A stretch of DNA of 64,000 nt from the human T2T-CHM13v2.0 reference genome, Homo sapiens (GCF_009914755.1 NC_060929.1), one strand, 5' to 3'. Positions 45,423-62,092 are shown, counted from the stretch's first letter. Translations and numbers: made by a program. Notes: generated by a model not told the origin, from the sequence alone.

Positions 45423-45723
45423 TTTTAAATTGTTATCAACTTAGATGCCTTTCCCTTCTAGGATTCAAATAATTTCATATTAATATTATTTTAAACTAGA
45501 ATCATTGTCATTATATAATTACAAAAATTGAGATACTACATTTCTATAATATATAGGAGGAAAACTAAATGACCTATTTGGAAATAAATGGATGAAAGTA
45601 AATCCTGAATAAGTAAATTTTTCTGATTTGTAATCCAGTTCAGTATTCTAAAACCATTTTCCTTTCTACTATATGTGAGAATAAAATTGAATTACTCTAA
45701 ATATGGGTAATTCAATAGAAATG

Positions 45724-46468
<745 letters not shown>

Positions 46469-46748
46469 CCGGACATTTCAAATGCAGTTTTGCAAGCCAC
46501 ATTAGAAAAGGGCAGACTGAAATAAACAGTAAAAGGAAGTCTAGAATTCTAGATAATAAAAATTGACTGTGACCTCAATCTAATAAACAGAAACTGTGTA
46601 ATAAATTTGTGTAAGTTAGCCTCTTCCGAAAATAGGAAAAATAATACAAGTTAGGTGAACAAAAAAATAAATTTAATTCAAATGAAGTCATTTGAGCTTC
46701 TAAGTTCTTAGAAAGATTCCATATTCTCTATAATGGACTTAATGATTA

Positions 46749-46955
<207 letters not shown>

Positions 46956-47532
46956 CTACACTGTTATCCAAGTGCTTGTTTCAAACTAATTACAGATGAA
47001 GTTTTAAATTTCACAGTGAAAAGGCAGAATTTCTAATATTTCATCAATAAGGAGGTAAAGTACTCAAAGGTAGTTTTTAAAGGGGTACTATAAAATCTGA
47101 ATGTAAATTATCATGTGAATATACAGATTACCAGGGAAATAATTACCTAAATTAGTTACTGCAACAAAATCTTTTTTTTTCTAGCTTAGCATTTCACACC
47201 CATTTCTCCTACTCTCTTTTCTCTTTAGGCACAAGAGTAAATGCAAATGAAGACAAAGTGCACTTCTCCTTGAAGTGACGTGTATAAACACACACACACA
47301 CATACATATAAACAGACCCGGAACCATATGCAAGTCAGAGTTGAAGAAAGATTTACGTGTATGAGAAATTCAGAAACATGAAAGACTAACTTGGAATAGT
47401 TTTTACTAAAAATCACAGATGAAGGAAAACAAATTCTTCCGGTGTATCTGTATGATTCCCAAATTTAATTTTTAAAGACAAACATATAGAAAGCAATAAA
47501 CTAAGGTTTCAATTTATTACTTTATGTATTTC

Positions 47533-47641
47533 TTTAGACACACAGTTGCCCAGGCTGGACTCAAATTCCTGGGCTCAAACAATTTTCCTGCTTCAGCCTC
47601 TGAGTAGCTGGGACTACAGGTACACACCCCCATGGCCAGCT
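47533..47641 (-). mobile_element. Alu monomer fragment
   Basis: gttgcccaggctggactcaaattcctgggctcaa...gggactacagg. Confidence 0.8.
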
Positions 47642-47885
47642 TCAACTAAGTTTTAATAATATTAATTTCAATACTGAAAAACAACTTTGCATTTATCCTT
47701 GAATAAAAAACTGGAAAGCCTCAGTAAAAAATAATTTCATGTTAATAAACCAAACAATAATTCTTGTTACTAGGAACAAGGCAGCAATGTTAATGTATCT
47801 TTTTGTAACTATAAGGCATGTTCAACCTATTAAAAATTACTGCAGAACAGAATTATTCATTACAAGGCATTATAATAAGGATTCA

Positions 47886-48238
47886 GGCCAGGTGCAATGG
47901 CTCGCACCTGTAATTCCAACACTTTGAGAGGCCAGGAAGATCGAGGCAGGAGGATTGCTTAATCTCAGGAGAGACCAGCCTGGGTAACACCGGGAGACCC
48001 TGTCTCTACAAATTTTTTTTTTTAAAAACTAGCTGGGTATGGTGTTGCATGCATCTGGTCCCAGCTACTCAGGAGGCTGAGGTGGGAAGATCATCTGGGC
48101 ATGGTGTTGCATGCATCTGGTCTCAGCTACTCGTGAGGCTGAGGTGGGAAGATCATTTGAGCCTAAGGAGGTTGAAGCCACAGTGAGCCAGAATTGTGCC
48201 ACTGCACTTCGGCCTGAGTGACAGAGTGAGACTCTTTC
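47886..48238 (+). mobile_element. AluJ with internal 62-bp tandem duplication
   Basis: Units at 48033-48094 and 48095-48156. Confidence 0.9.
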
Positions 48239-49494
48239 TACATAACTAAATTTTACAAATGTTGAACATAGTAGCTATAAATGGGTGGAAGGGGAATAGT
48301 TAAAAAGAAACAGAAACTAAAAACTAACCTAGATTCAAATCCTGGTTACCAGTACGTAACCTTACTAGTTATGTAAATTTGGGCAACTCATTTAACATCT
48401 CTGATCCTAGCTTCTCATTAGTAAAGTGTAAATTAAATTATTAGCTAACACGGTTGTTTTGTGGATTAAGTAGAACTGTGTATAAAAGTGCTCTGGAAAC
48501 TATAATGTTAGGCAGGACTATTTTATTAAAGAACTTAACTACTGGAATAAAAAGAAGGAAGGTTTACTATTAATAGTCCAATGAGCTTCCAGGTATATTT
48601 GTAATGATAAGTGAAAAAGGATGGTAGTAAGATCAAAAAAGACAGTCTTTTCAAATTTCCAATTTGATGCCAAATAATCATTAATGTTTAATCATTTTTT
48701 AGCTTCTATAAATGTATTAGGCTAGGTTAGCATTTTTATGATATACATGAGAAATATGGTTATAATTTGTTGTCAATCAATCATTTCAGAGTCACAGGGG
48801 ACCTAAGAAGTCCTCCTAGATCCCCAGTTGAGAAAACTACGGTCCATTCAGAGAGGTAATTAACATACACTTTCCCTAAGAATTCTATTTAAATAGAGAT
48901 ATAAAATCTTAAAGCTGGAAGGATTATTCAAAACATTGTTTTGTTTACTCTGTCCAAGTCACAGATGAGGCTTCTATGGTCTGTTCTGTGAGGTCAATTA
49001 GTAGGTAGTTCTCTTCATAAACTTTAAACATGAAAAGAACATTCAGGAGCTGATGGGACCTACACAGTTATATTGTCCCTCCCTTTTAATTATAAAATGA
49101 GGAAACTGAGGCCAAGAGCAGGTTAATTTCCCCAATGCCACAATACACAGTAGCAGCAAAAACTGGAAAATAACCCAAACCAACTGACGTCTTTAATTAG
49201 TTGTAGGATAAAGATATGGGTTATAAGTCTCTCCCCAGTCAACCCCCAATTACATTTTCTTTAGTATGATGGCTATATTGTTTTCATGATTTAAACAAAG
49301 AATAAAGTTCTTGAGTAAAATAATCACTATTTTGTGTGTATATATTACTACAGATTAGATTTTCATGGGTTTTGATCTCAAATTTATCAACTACTTACAA
49401 CATAATTGGTACATGTTTCTTTAATCAAAGCATAAAAATGTATTTATATAAATTGTGTTAAATATTTATTACTTTACAAGCTCAATAAAACTTA

Positions 49495-49635
<141 letters not shown>

Positions 49636-50783
49636 TCATCCTATAAATATTTATTAAGTTTCATATTTGTGAAGACACTGTCGAGAAATATCAGGTGAAA
49701 ACTGTAATCTGAAACAAATACTAACTCTTAAACTTTAAAAGGGTTTAGATAAACATCCAGCAGACACTTAACCAACCACTTACTAGATGCCAGGTCCTAC
49801 AATGCCATTTGTATGTATATTTCTTACAAATGACAATGTATTAATACATATTAAGATTATACAGGCTTATTATTAAAAGTAAATAAAGTGAAGTCTGTAG
49901 CCAAGTGGGCAGGAGCACATTAATTCTCTACTAATCCCTCATTTGAAGGAATTGAGAGTTATCTTAAAAAGAGAGGTGTTTGAATGAATTCTCACATTTA
50001 CAGGTAGTCTTTCCTTTCTTTCCCTTTTTTAATTTAGTTCGAGAATTCTCAAACTTTGTGTGTAGAATAATTACAGAAAATCATTGTATTAAAAAACACT
50101 TCACTTTTAGCTATATCTAACCTTCCTCAGGTAAGGATCCAACAACTGGTTGTATCCCTCTCTACCACAGTCAAAATACTTTAATCTGAAGTGAAGAAAT
50201 ACTCACGATCCAAATTAATCAATTATTCCCTCCCAAGCACCAAGTGGCTCATCCTGAATTTCATGGCTTGCCTAGTCATCCCAACTATCTACAAATCACT
50301 TAAATTTGATATTCATATCTTATTTTCAATGTGCCCTCTCCACATGCTATTATTAATTCTGTTTCTCAACTCTTAAAATTCTAAACTCTGCCCTACTGCA
50401 GAGACCTTAGTTCAGACCTTAGTTCAGTGTATCTTCCTCTGAACATCTGACTACTGCAAAATTCTCTCACTGGTATCCTCCCTGCCTTCCTGTGGACACA
50501 TTACTCATCAAATCCATCTGAGCTTACCTCTAGTTATTGGTTTTTTTTTTTTTATCTTACAGAAAGGTGGACCACCTTTACTTATTTTTCCGTAATACAA
50601 ATCTTATCAAGACCCATGCCTGTTTAAATCATTTCCAAGGCTCCTCACAGGGAAAAGCAATGAATAAGGCAGCTAGGCAAAAACTTTGACAAAGGCCCTA
50701 TTATTACAAAGGAAAAAATGCATATCTAGTATGCTAGACCCCCCAATTCTTCAATTACAAAAATCTAGATTTTTTAAATTTGA

Positions 50784-50939
<156 letters not shown>

Positions 50940-50965
50940 TGATTTGCTGTTTTAAAAACACGGCA

Positions 50966-51235
50966 GGCCAGGTATGGCGGCTCATACCAGTAATCCCAGA
51001 ACTTTAGAAGGCTGCAGGATTGTCTGAAGCCAGGAGTTTGAGACCAACCTGGGCAACACAGTGAGACCGTATCTCTACAAAAAATTAAAAAACTAGCCAG
51101 GTCTGGTGGCATGCACCTGTGGTCGGGGGAGAGGGTGAGGTGGGAGGACTGCTTGAGCCTGAGAAGTCAAGGCTGTAATGAGCCATCATTGTGCCCCTGC
51201 ATTCCACTCTGGGCAACAAAGTAAGACCCTATCTC

Positions 51236-51266
<31 letters not shown>
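50966..51266 (+). mobile_element. AluJ
   Basis: Diverged Alu; (CAAA)n tail. Confidence 0.88.
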
Positions 51267-51782
51267 CTGCAACAACTGTAGAACTGGCAATCTGAGTACC
51301 CACTGAATATTTGATTACATTAAAAAATTTTAGGTATGATAATGAGATTGTGGTAATTTTTAAAAATCTCATTATTTTTGATATATATACTGAAATGTAC
51401 GCTGGGGGAAGTACAGATGAAACAAGTTTGGCCATCAGCTATTAATTGTGATGAGTACACAGGAATTCATAATTCTATCTACTCCTTGTATACTTGAAAA
51501 TTCCCATTAAAACACATATTTCAAGGCCCACATGTGTATGGGGGTCATGCATTATCTCTTGCTTCTACAGCCTTTCATGATCTGACCAATGCCTACTTCT
51601 CCAGATTCACCTTCAACCATTCCCATTTGAAGGTGACACTTTCTGGCTTGACTAAGTGACATTTTCTTCCTCACAAATTCTTTCATCCCTTGGTGCTTTT
51701 TGCATATATTCTTCTCTCCTTGTGAACACCTATGCCCCTACTTGGCAAACTCTTATCTCCTATTGTTTACAAGCAGTCTTCT

Positions 51783-52520
51783 TGTGGTATAATAAAAAAT
51801 ATATCTGCTCTTTGTCCCCAGTTCTTGGCACAGAGTTTTAAAAGTCCTTATAAAAACAAGAGTGTAGAAGTATCTTTGTTATGCTAATGAGGTAGGTCAA
51901 GGTGGGCCCCAGATAGCTGCAGGATGGAGCTGATTATCAGAAACACCAAGCACATGATTAGAGGGTCAGGACTTTCAGGAACTTGACCTCCAGTGATGGG
52001 AGGGGCCTGGAAATTAAGTTGGATCATTGAAATCAATTTCGTATCAATGACTTAAAATTGTCCCTATATAATGAAACTCAAAAAAACTCTGGACTTCAAA
52101 GCTCAGAGAAAATTCCTGTTGGTTAACACATTGATGTGCCCAGAGGGTGAAATCCTGACTTCAGAGTGAAAGGGCATGGAAACTCTGCTCTTTCCCAGAA
52201 CTTACCCTATGCGCTTTCTTTAAATAATACTGTAATAATAGATAAAGCAGTTTCCTAAGTACTATGAATCATTCTAGCAGATTACTGGATCTGAGGGGAT
52301 CATGGGAATCCTCAAATTTGTAGCCTATTAATAAGTGAGAAGTGCAGGTGGCCTGGGTACTCTGAAAACTTGAAACTGGTATCTGAAGTGGTGACAATCT
52401 TACGGAGAACTTCGCCTTTAACCTGTGGGGTCTGTACTAACTCCAGGTAATTACTGTCAGAATACAAGTGCAGTATACTCAGTTGGTTTCAGATAAGTTG
52501 GATTAAAATGGAATGTTACC
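51783..52520. mobile_element. MER21-like LTR
   Basis: tgtggtataataaaaaatatatctgctctttgtccccagttcttggcacagag start. Confidence 0.65.
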
Positions 52521-52767
52521 CTAAGTGAAAGATTCTTGGAGAAAAGATTTTATGGCTTTCTTGCTTTTTGTATACTTCAAAGCTAGTACAGTTACTGGCA
52601 TAGAGCAAGTGCTCAAAAACAGTAACTGAACCAAACGGAATTCAGTTCTTTGCCTAATGAATTTACGATAAAAAATACATATATCCCAACCTAAAAGTCC
52701 CTAAATTACAATAAACAGGTAAGGAGGCACTTCCTGAATTTATACTGAAGTCCAGAATTTTAACTTA

Positions 52768-53435
52768 CAGAATTGATTCTCGTTATTCGCGGTAGTTAGG
52801 TTTTATAAAGTTGCCACAAACACTGAACCATTGCTCCTAGGGGAAATACAGGGTTAGGTTCCTGCGAGCCTCTGGTCATAACATTTTCATAAACTGATCA
52901 ATACCCAAGCTTCTTTTATGTGTGTTTCTGTTTAAAGATATCTTATTTAATATATATCATTGATTCACTAACATTGAATTCACAGCCAAAAGCATAACTC
53001 ATCCCTGAGCAAAGCTTACCTAATACCAGTAATCATTAAGTATAGCATTTTTTTTTAGTTCTGTGTGTCATTCCAGCAATTTTTTTCCATAAAGCAGCCT
53101 TCTTGTGCTTACGAATACTAGACACTACCTTCAGCACTATGCTTGGGGGCCATTTTAAACAGCAAGATCACCAACGAAAAGCAAAATTGTAAAAAAATGT
53201 GGCCCTAAACAGATCATAAAAAGGAGATTTGTTTACAGTATGACAGCCGAAACAATAAGGCAGACTGTTGCCTTGTTAGACCTCAACCAGGAACATGCAT
53301 GTATGGACCACTCAAATTTTTCGTCCCTGTCTATGTCCATGAATGACCATAAAAGCACTGATTTTGGAATTACAAATAAATTTTAGCAAGTAGGCAAATC
53401 ACAAAACAAAATCCACAAATAATGAAGATGAGTGC
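52768..53435. mobile_element. MER82-like Tigger-family element
   Basis: gattctcgttattcgcggtag...ccattgctcctaggggaaatacagggttaggttcctgcgagcctctggtca. Confidence 0.78.
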
Positions 53436-53605
53436 ATAACATTTAGAAGAACACTTATAAGAAATAACTCATATAAAAGAAAATGATCCAGAATAACTCA
53501 TGTATAAAGACTAAAATTAGTTGTTCAGCTTTGAGAAATAATAATTAGTGAAAGAACTCTCAGTATAGGAAAAATTAGATTTTATTTAGAGCCCTATAGT
53601 AATGA

Positions 53606-53922
<317 letters not shown>

Positions 53923-54119
53923 TTAAGACACATTTTCTTTTTAAATATACTCATATTTGTTAAATCTTATTTTGTAAACTCATTTCTCTAAAATGGCTTA
54001 GATTTATTACATTTCCTATGGGATAACTCAGGGTTATCTTTATTAGTGAGAATTATTGTTCAAAGTTGGAATCTAAGGATGCTCGATACTTTTAGGGTCA
54101 CTTCTAGTCTGTTATTCAC

Positions 54120-54940
54120 CTACCCATTCATTCATTTATCAGTCACTTAGGGAGAACCTTCTGTATTCAGATACTCTGCTAGGCAGAGGAGATATAATCA
54201 CAACCAATTAAAGCCAAAGCCTTTGCCTTTTTGATGGTTATATTCCAGTTGGGGTAAAATTTAACCAATTAAATAGTGAAAAATAAATTGTCATACCACA
54301 TGAAAGAATGAAACAAGTGGTGAAAATGTGAGAGACAGCCTTAGATATTAGGTGAGGAAAAACTTCTCTGAGACATTTAACCAGCAACCTAAAGAATGAG
54401 AAAACAGAAGAAGAGCATTTCAGGCAGAGAACACCAAATCCAAAAGCACAGAGGCATGAAAGAACATAGGACATTACAGTAACTAAAAGGCAATGAGGCA
54501 AGAGCTTCAAGGAGAAACATAAGAGGGGACTGAAGAGGTAAGAAGGGAACAGATCATGCAAAGGCTAATAGGTCATAGTATGGACTTCAGATTTTATGCT
54601 AAATAATGGTCTCAAAGCAATGTAGATAAATAATTTGATTCACATTTTAAGATCCCTTTGGTTGTTCTGTGAATTAGAGGGAGACAAGGGCAGTGAATCA
54701 ACAGGTCTTGCTGATGGACTAAAGGTAGAGAGTGAACAAAAGTAAGCAATAAAGGATAATATCTACATTTCTGATTTGAAGATGATGGTACCTTTTCTGA
54801 TATGGAAGAGATCAGGAAGAAATCAAGAACTTAAAAATGCTGAGTTTTAAGTACCCATGAGACATCAAGTAAAAGTGACAGGGCAACTACATATTAGAAT
54901 CTGCAGTTCAGAGATAATTTGAGGTGATTACATAATTGTG
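54120..54940 (-). mobile_element. L2 fragment
   Basis: cattcattcattt end; agcatttcaggcagagaacacc; cagatcatgcaagg-like motifs. Confidence 0.65.
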
Positions 54941-55831
54941 GCACCTAAATCCATAGGGATTAATAAAACCAACTAAAAAGGAACTAAAAGATAGTATAAC
55001 ACTAGTTAATGAGAAAGTGAAAAAGTAAAGTTTATGTAGACAACATTTCAACAAAGTTGGCTACAAAGGGAAATAGAGGAATGGCCAAAAACTAAGAAAT
55101 GGATATGGAGGGGCTTTGTTTTTTAAGGGGGAGAGAGGTAGGGCTGTGACTTCTTTATTCATTGTTGTTACTTTAAATGGGAGAAGTTTAAAAAAAAAGT
55201 GTGTGTGGTAACAGGAATAATCCAACTGAAATGGAGCAGGTGATAAAATACATTTTACAAATTTAAAGATAAAGAAGAGGGGCTGCACATTTAACCAGAG
55301 TTGTGGTTTGGTAGTATACAGATGAGAGTGATGGGCGCTTGTTTCAAGAGCTTAGGGTGAGGCTGAGGTACAGATGCTTAAGTTTTGGAGAGAAAGGATT
55401 TAGGTTGAAAAAGTTGTCTGAGAAGTACAGCATACAAACTCTGCCAGGCAGTATAAAGCAGCCATCTAAGGTCTGTGATCATAGCTTCCAAGTAAAACCT
55501 ACAAGTACAGTTTCACAATTTTCTTTAGCAGTCAGTGTTGCATATACAGTTTGATTCCACATAGCATGGTTCCCAGCTACTACATTTTGTATTCTGGTCT
55601 CAATTTCCAGTCTTTTCCTTTGGTATTAAGTGGTATGTCTATCTCAATAAAATGACGGCCTGCTTGCAACTGCTGCACTATGCTTGCCTTTCTAATATGG
55701 GCTTGGAAGACAGATACAGATATAAAAGTCATTAGAATGTAGCATGTAGAATGTACTCTTTTTGAAATGGGAAAAAATATATTTCTTAGAAAATTGAGAG
55801 TAAGTATTAACAGAATCTCACTTAAAAACTC

Positions 55832-55965
55832 AGTTGGGTGTGGTGGCTCACACCTGTAATCCCAACACGTTGGGAGGCTAAGGCAGGAGGATTGCTTGAG
55901 CCTAGGAGTTTGAAACCAGCCTGGGCAACATAGCAAGATCCTGTCTCTAAGATAAATAAATAAGC
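55832..55965 (+). mobile_element. FLAM-type Alu monomer
   Basis: Left-arm Alu plus (TAAA)n. Confidence 0.85.
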
Positions 55966-56420
55966 CTTTCATATTTAAGTTAAATATACAACTTTCAGTA
56001 CATAGCTTTTACTTTGGCTACTTGGTGGCTTTTTTCACTTATGCTCAGATTATCTGCAGTGACTCTGATAATAAAGCCAATCTGATACTGTACTCTACTA
56101 AATTAATTTCTCAATGATCATTCTTATATAAACCTCTAATATAAAATATTATCAGACAACTACAACTCTTACTAAAACAGTTCAACACTGAAAAAATATG
56201 TAGCAGAAAATATAGAATGTCCTGACCTAGACTTTATTTTTAAAATTTAAGTAGCATTTATAGTGCTTTAGAAATTTTAAGAAATAAAACTTTTAGAAAT
56301 TTAAAATAGAAACCTAAATGTGAGCAAACACAGAAAAGCACAGTTTTAATAGCACAAGCTAAATAAGCTTTAATACATAATCATATAAAACTCTATTTCA
56401 TGATATACAACATAGGTCAC

Positions 56421-56788
56421 TGCTATAGACTGAATGTTTATGGTCCCCACCCCCCTCAAATTCTTGTGTTGAAATCTAATCCCCAGTGTGATGGTATCTG
56501 GAGGTGGGAACTTTCAGGAGTTTCTAGTTCGTGAGAGTGGAGCCCTCATTAATAGGATTATTGCCCTTTTAAAAGGAGGTCAGAGAACTAGCTTGTTCTC
56601 TTTCCACCAGGTGGTGATACAAGAAGTAAGCAGTCTGCAACCTGAGAGAGGGTCCTTACCAGAACCTGACCATACTAGCATGCTGACCTCAGACTTCCAG
56701 CCCCCAGAACTGAGAAATACATTTCTGCTGTTGAGAAGCCATCCAGTCTATGGTACTTTGTAATAGCAGCCCTAACCTACTAAAACAG
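56421..56788. mobile_element. MLT1A/MST-type MaLR LTR
   Basis: tgctatagactgaatgttt...cagacttccagcccccagaactgagaaatacatttctg...tatggtactttgtaatagcagcc. Confidence 0.85.
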
Positions 56789-58987
56789 TCACTAATGACA
56801 GTTTTAGTCTCCATTCTAAATCTATAATTTTGACCAGTGGAGGGGAGGCTTAAGCAAAAACAAATACCACTTAAAACCTAGACAATCTTTCAGCGCAAGT
56901 AGCTAAAATGCTATTTGTTGTACACATTATATACACTTGTTAGAAATTTTGATAGAATATCATGAACATTCTGGAACTGGAAGTTAAAAAAGCTAAGGCG
57001 AGGAGAGCAAGGACTCAGGCATTCCGTTAAGGGTAGTAGCTGAAGGTTTAAATTTTTCCCTTAGGTCATAGGTCCCACCTACTGTGCATCTGAATGGTAG
57101 GTTTCTCTCATCAAAGGGAACTTGCAGATTACTGGATCAGGCAACATGCAATAAAGAACAGGCAAAAAGAATTAGAGCAATTGGATATGAAGGTGTTATA
57201 ACACCCTCTTTAACCGATATGGGATGAGACAAAAATCAGAATAAATCTGACCATAATATATTTTCAGTGAGGGACTTATGAAGGGAAGCAGCAGACCAAA
57301 CTAGACTTCAGAAGATAAAGGGGTAGAGAAAAACGCATGAGGTTTGAACTGAGCAATTAGAAAAAACAGAAAGCAGGTTCAGCAAGGAAGCTATCACAGA
57401 GAAAAAGCAGTATCCTACTCCTCATGCAAAACCCACTATTCAAATGTACAAAGAATATAACCTAACACTTACCTCTCCAAGAAAAGAGGAGCCAAGCAAA
57501 CTTCAAAACAAAAAGGAACTTTTATTACAATACAAAGTAGTGAATACTTTGGCTACAAATCAGTGGTATATGGGACATGATAAGAACGTCTTTAACTGAT
57601 ATGACCAACTGTTAGAACAAGTGTTCCTTATATGAGGGAAAGCAGTTCACAACAGAGAAACAACTTCTAAGGATTTTTGTTCCCTTTTAGGAAGGAAAGA
57701 GAAAGAGACAGTGTGAGGGCATTAGATTCTTAAACTCTACTTAATACTTAGCATGCTTTTGGTAATCAAATGCTGATGTGCCTTTTAATTTAATTTAAAA
57801 TAAAAGCTGATTATGTTGTCATGGAGAATCCATAAGAACATAGCAAGTGAACTGCATACTACTTATAACCTATAGGATATATTCTAAAAGACGAAGTATG
57901 GCTTGAAAAACAAAATAGAAAAGGAAAATAATTTAAATAAATTACTCCGTAAACTGCCAACAAAAGTCACAGTGATTGTAGAAAAGTTGTATTTGTCTCC
58001 CCAACCAAATTTAAAACTCTATTCAAGTATGACAGTTCCAGGACAAGATGTGGAACTGATGAGCAGCCATAAATCACATAAATACTAGACTGTGAATCAG
58101 ACTTTCAGGATAAGAGGTCTGGATCTGTTTCATTTATCAGTGTGTGAAACTGAGTAAATCATTTAAAACTTGTTTTGTCATTTGTAAAAATGGAGATAAT
58201 ATCACCTACGGCAGAAAGTAACTAGGTACTCACCAATCTTGTTTTTTATACCATAAGTATTATTTCCCAGCCTCCCCTGCACTTTGGCCAGAACTAGTCA
58301 CAAGGCCCCAGCCTATGTAATGTGGGCAAAAATGATGTATCTACTTCTAAGTTTGACACTTAAGAATCTCCTGAAAGATCCACAGCTCACTCTCTCTTCA
58401 CTCACCAACTGGCACAGCAATCTAGCAGGGGACTCCAAGGTAGCAGGGGGAACAGAGGAGTCCTAAGGGAAGAAGGATAGCTCAGAGGATAGCTGAGCCC
58501 TTGAGTCATCATTTTGTGAGGGACCTACCTGGAGAGCTGCCCAATCCCTTTCTGATTCCCCATTTTGACCCTGCTTCCTGTCTGAAGAAACTGAGAAACT
58601 TCCATTAATTTTATAACACTGAGATTTTGGAAGTTGTAACATATCACCACACCTCCCTAGCTCAATGAACAGATCTAAATGAAACAAAACATTTAAAAAA
58701 TTGTATCAGTATAAAATTTTAAACAATTATAAGGGTAATATTAATAGAGTTAAACCAGACTACTATACACAGTTTCTTTTAAAAAAAAAGTTTAAAAGAA
58801 CAGTCTAAAAAAAATACTAATAGCAATATGTGTTATTTAACAAGAGCTACAAAATTAGTCAATTTTTTAATATTAAAAATCAACAAACTAATTTGTAAGT
58901 AAAAGCTGCTTATTCCTTCAAGTATAATTGCTTATTTTGTCAAGGTATTAACTCTTTCAGGAAAATGGCTTACTCATTAAGTCGACA

Positions 58988-59300
58988 TACAATTGTCCCC
59001 AGGTATCTGAGGGAAACTGGGGGTAGGTGGGGGACCATCCAATGCCCCCAACACCCCTTCCAGAATACCAAAATCCAAAGATGCTAAAACTCCTTATACA
59101 AAAGTTTTTATTTGCATAAAAACTACGCACATTCTCCTTTATATATTAAATAATCTCTAGGTTTCTCATAATACCTAATACAACACAGATGCTATATAGC
59201 TTTTATAGTGTATGTTTTTAACTTAAACTTGTATTTTTTTTCTGAGTATTTTTGATCCATGATTGGCTGAATCCAGAAATATGGAGGGCGAACTGCACTA
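58988..59300. mobile_element. MER2-like Tigger MITE
   Basis: caattgtccccaggtatc...ccaaaatccaaagatgct...atatggagggcgaactg. Confidence 0.7.
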
Positions 59301-61613
59301 CAATCGGCTGCAACTTCAAACTCTCCATTTCAAAGGGAAAGAGGTCAATGAGAGACAGGACAGATTAATTGACACCAAAAGAGAAGCCATAACAAAAAAA
59401 AAAGAACATTTATTTACAATTTAGGATACCAATGGAATAAATGAATATTAACATGATATACACAGAAACAAATTTCTTCTGTCATACTCATGATTAATCT
59501 CTCATGTTATCTACACATCTATTTACTTGAATAGTTCTTTTAAATAGTTCTATTCAATATAGTCACTCCCAAGCCATCCTACACTATTCATAGTTGTAAA
59601 AAAAAATTCATGATCCTCTCCTTAAATTCCTTTAAGCACTTTATAGACCCTAAAGAATGCCCTCGGATTTCTCTCTTCAACCCAACTGCATCATATGATT
59701 TAAAATGCAAACTGTCATTTCTGATCAGTAATATTTTTACATAGGCAATTTATAATTTTAGGTTTTTTTCTATTAAAACAGAATTATTATATATTACAAA
59801 AGGCTCATAAAATAATAATTATGCCAAAAGGATAAAATCAATAATCTTATTCGATTGAGATAAATGACAACATGACCTCAAAATTTCAGGACTTAACATT
59901 AAAAAAGGTAGATAATCTTAAAAACAAAACAAAACAAAATTGAGAGGAAATGAAACTACCTATAGCAGAAAAGTAACCACTACTAGACTTTCTCGATATC
60001 CTTAGAACCTGATATGGCATTACAGGCAGCATTAATTAACACAAAAGTTAATCCATTTACAAAAGCAAGTCAAGATCACAAAGAAAACCAATTTCGTGTT
60101 TCTTTTTAAAGGCTGAGCTTACTCTCAAATTATCTATGTATATTACGACACATTCTGATCAGAAAAAGATTTTAAATATAAATCTTCCAATATTAATAAA
60201 GATAATCAGCTTTTTGATCTCTCAGGCTTTAGTTTTCACTAGTGAGTATAAATTTTATAGAAATAGATGGAAAACAGAATATGTAACAAGATGAAAATGC
60301 ATGTACACTAAAATGGGACAAGATTGTCAAGGTCTTTACAGACAAAGGAGATAAGGAAGTGACATTACATCATAAACATAGTTTAGAAACACGCAATTCT
60401 CAAGAGAAAGTAAGCTGCCTTAATGTATGTTACTTAGTTTACTGAGACCCTTTTTACTTCAAATTAATGATAATTTGCCCAGCTCATGTTCATCTTTTCC
60501 TGATCTTCGAAAATGGTTTTGCTAAGCTAAATCAGTAAACAAGATTGCACAGGCATATTAAGCCTACACAGTAAAAAAATAGTTAAAGATTATTTTCACT
60601 TATTTTACACTTTACCAAAACTTTAGCCATTATTTATTTTGTTCCTCAAAATGTGCATTTGTGAACAGCTCTCTCACACATTCAGTATACACACACACAC
60701 CTGTGTATCACATTGTTCCAAAAAAATTTTAAAGCAGTCTGAATAATATTTTTCAATATTAAACATCAATATGGAAAAAGTAGAAAGCACAGAGAAGAAT
60801 ACAAATAATTTAAAATAGAAAATAAATTATGTGAAGGAAATTTAAGCTTTGTAAATGGGATGACCCTGAATGAAAAGCGTATTTGTCTTGTAGAACATGA
60901 AATCATTACTAGGACAGGTATCCATTGTTTTTCTAACTTCAATAGGCCTAACCAAAAGAAAGCAGTAACAAAATTTGGTTATTTAACTGAAATGAACAAT
61001 TGAAATAAATAGTCATGGTACCAAATTTATCACTTACCTTTCACAACTACACAGGATTTTGGCATGTATTTCTGTGTGCAGACTTTCCTTGATTTCTCCC
61101 CACTGTATCTATACCTATACTTTTTTAATCTAATTTTGTTGAGGGGTGGGAGGTACATGTTTCAGCAAGCCTACTTAGCTCCTTTGTGGAAGGAGTAGGG
61201 ATTGTGAGCCTATGGTGTAGTAGACAAAATTAAAATCCCACAACATAACTTTATCCCCCTCCTTGCTAAATTAAACAGTTTAAAATTCTTTGCAGTAAAA
61301 CTATGAACTCCTAATATCTGTATTATAATAAATTCTGGACTGAGCCACCAATAGAATATATGCTTTCAGTATTTTCTTCGAACAATAGCAAAAATACTTA
61401 AGCACTTGGATTTACAATTTCTCACCCCCTTGTTGATCAAATTTTTTAAAGGTAATTAGAAAAATATGTGGTGTTTTCAGTGCCCACAGACCGAAAAAGA
61501 AAGAAGGTAGGGGTGGAAGGACTGAATTCTTGTCCATGACCCTATTACCTTTGTGCTAAACAGATAAACTACTAATATCTCAAACTAAGAGTAATAAGGA
61601 AGCTATAATGAGG

Positions 61614-61720
61614 CAATCCCAGAACTTTGGGAAGCCAAGGTGGGAGGATTTGCTTGAAGCCAGGAGTTGAAGAATAGCCTGGGCAACATAGCAAGGTCTT
61701 GTCTCCAAAAAAAAAAAATT
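61614..61720 (+). mobile_element. Alu monomer fragment
   Basis: aatcccagaactttgggaagccaagg...gtctccaaaaaa. Confidence 0.8.
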
Positions 61721-61862
61721 AATTTTTTAAGAGAAATAAGAAAGCTAGATTTTTCTTATGACTTCCTTTTGTTAAAGTTTTAGAAACAGTAACTAGGAAT
61801 TTAATCAGTTTGGTAAACTAGAGATTGAAAGTGTCAGTTGAAATCAGCCTATCCTTGCCTTA

Positions 61863-62090
<228 letters not shown>

Positions 62091-62092
62091 TT

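Noticed and set aside
61031-61040. Isolated consensus donors (AAG|gtaagt at 61038; GAG|gtaagc near 50528)
   Set aside because: No convincing paired acceptor; decoy donors are common in long introns
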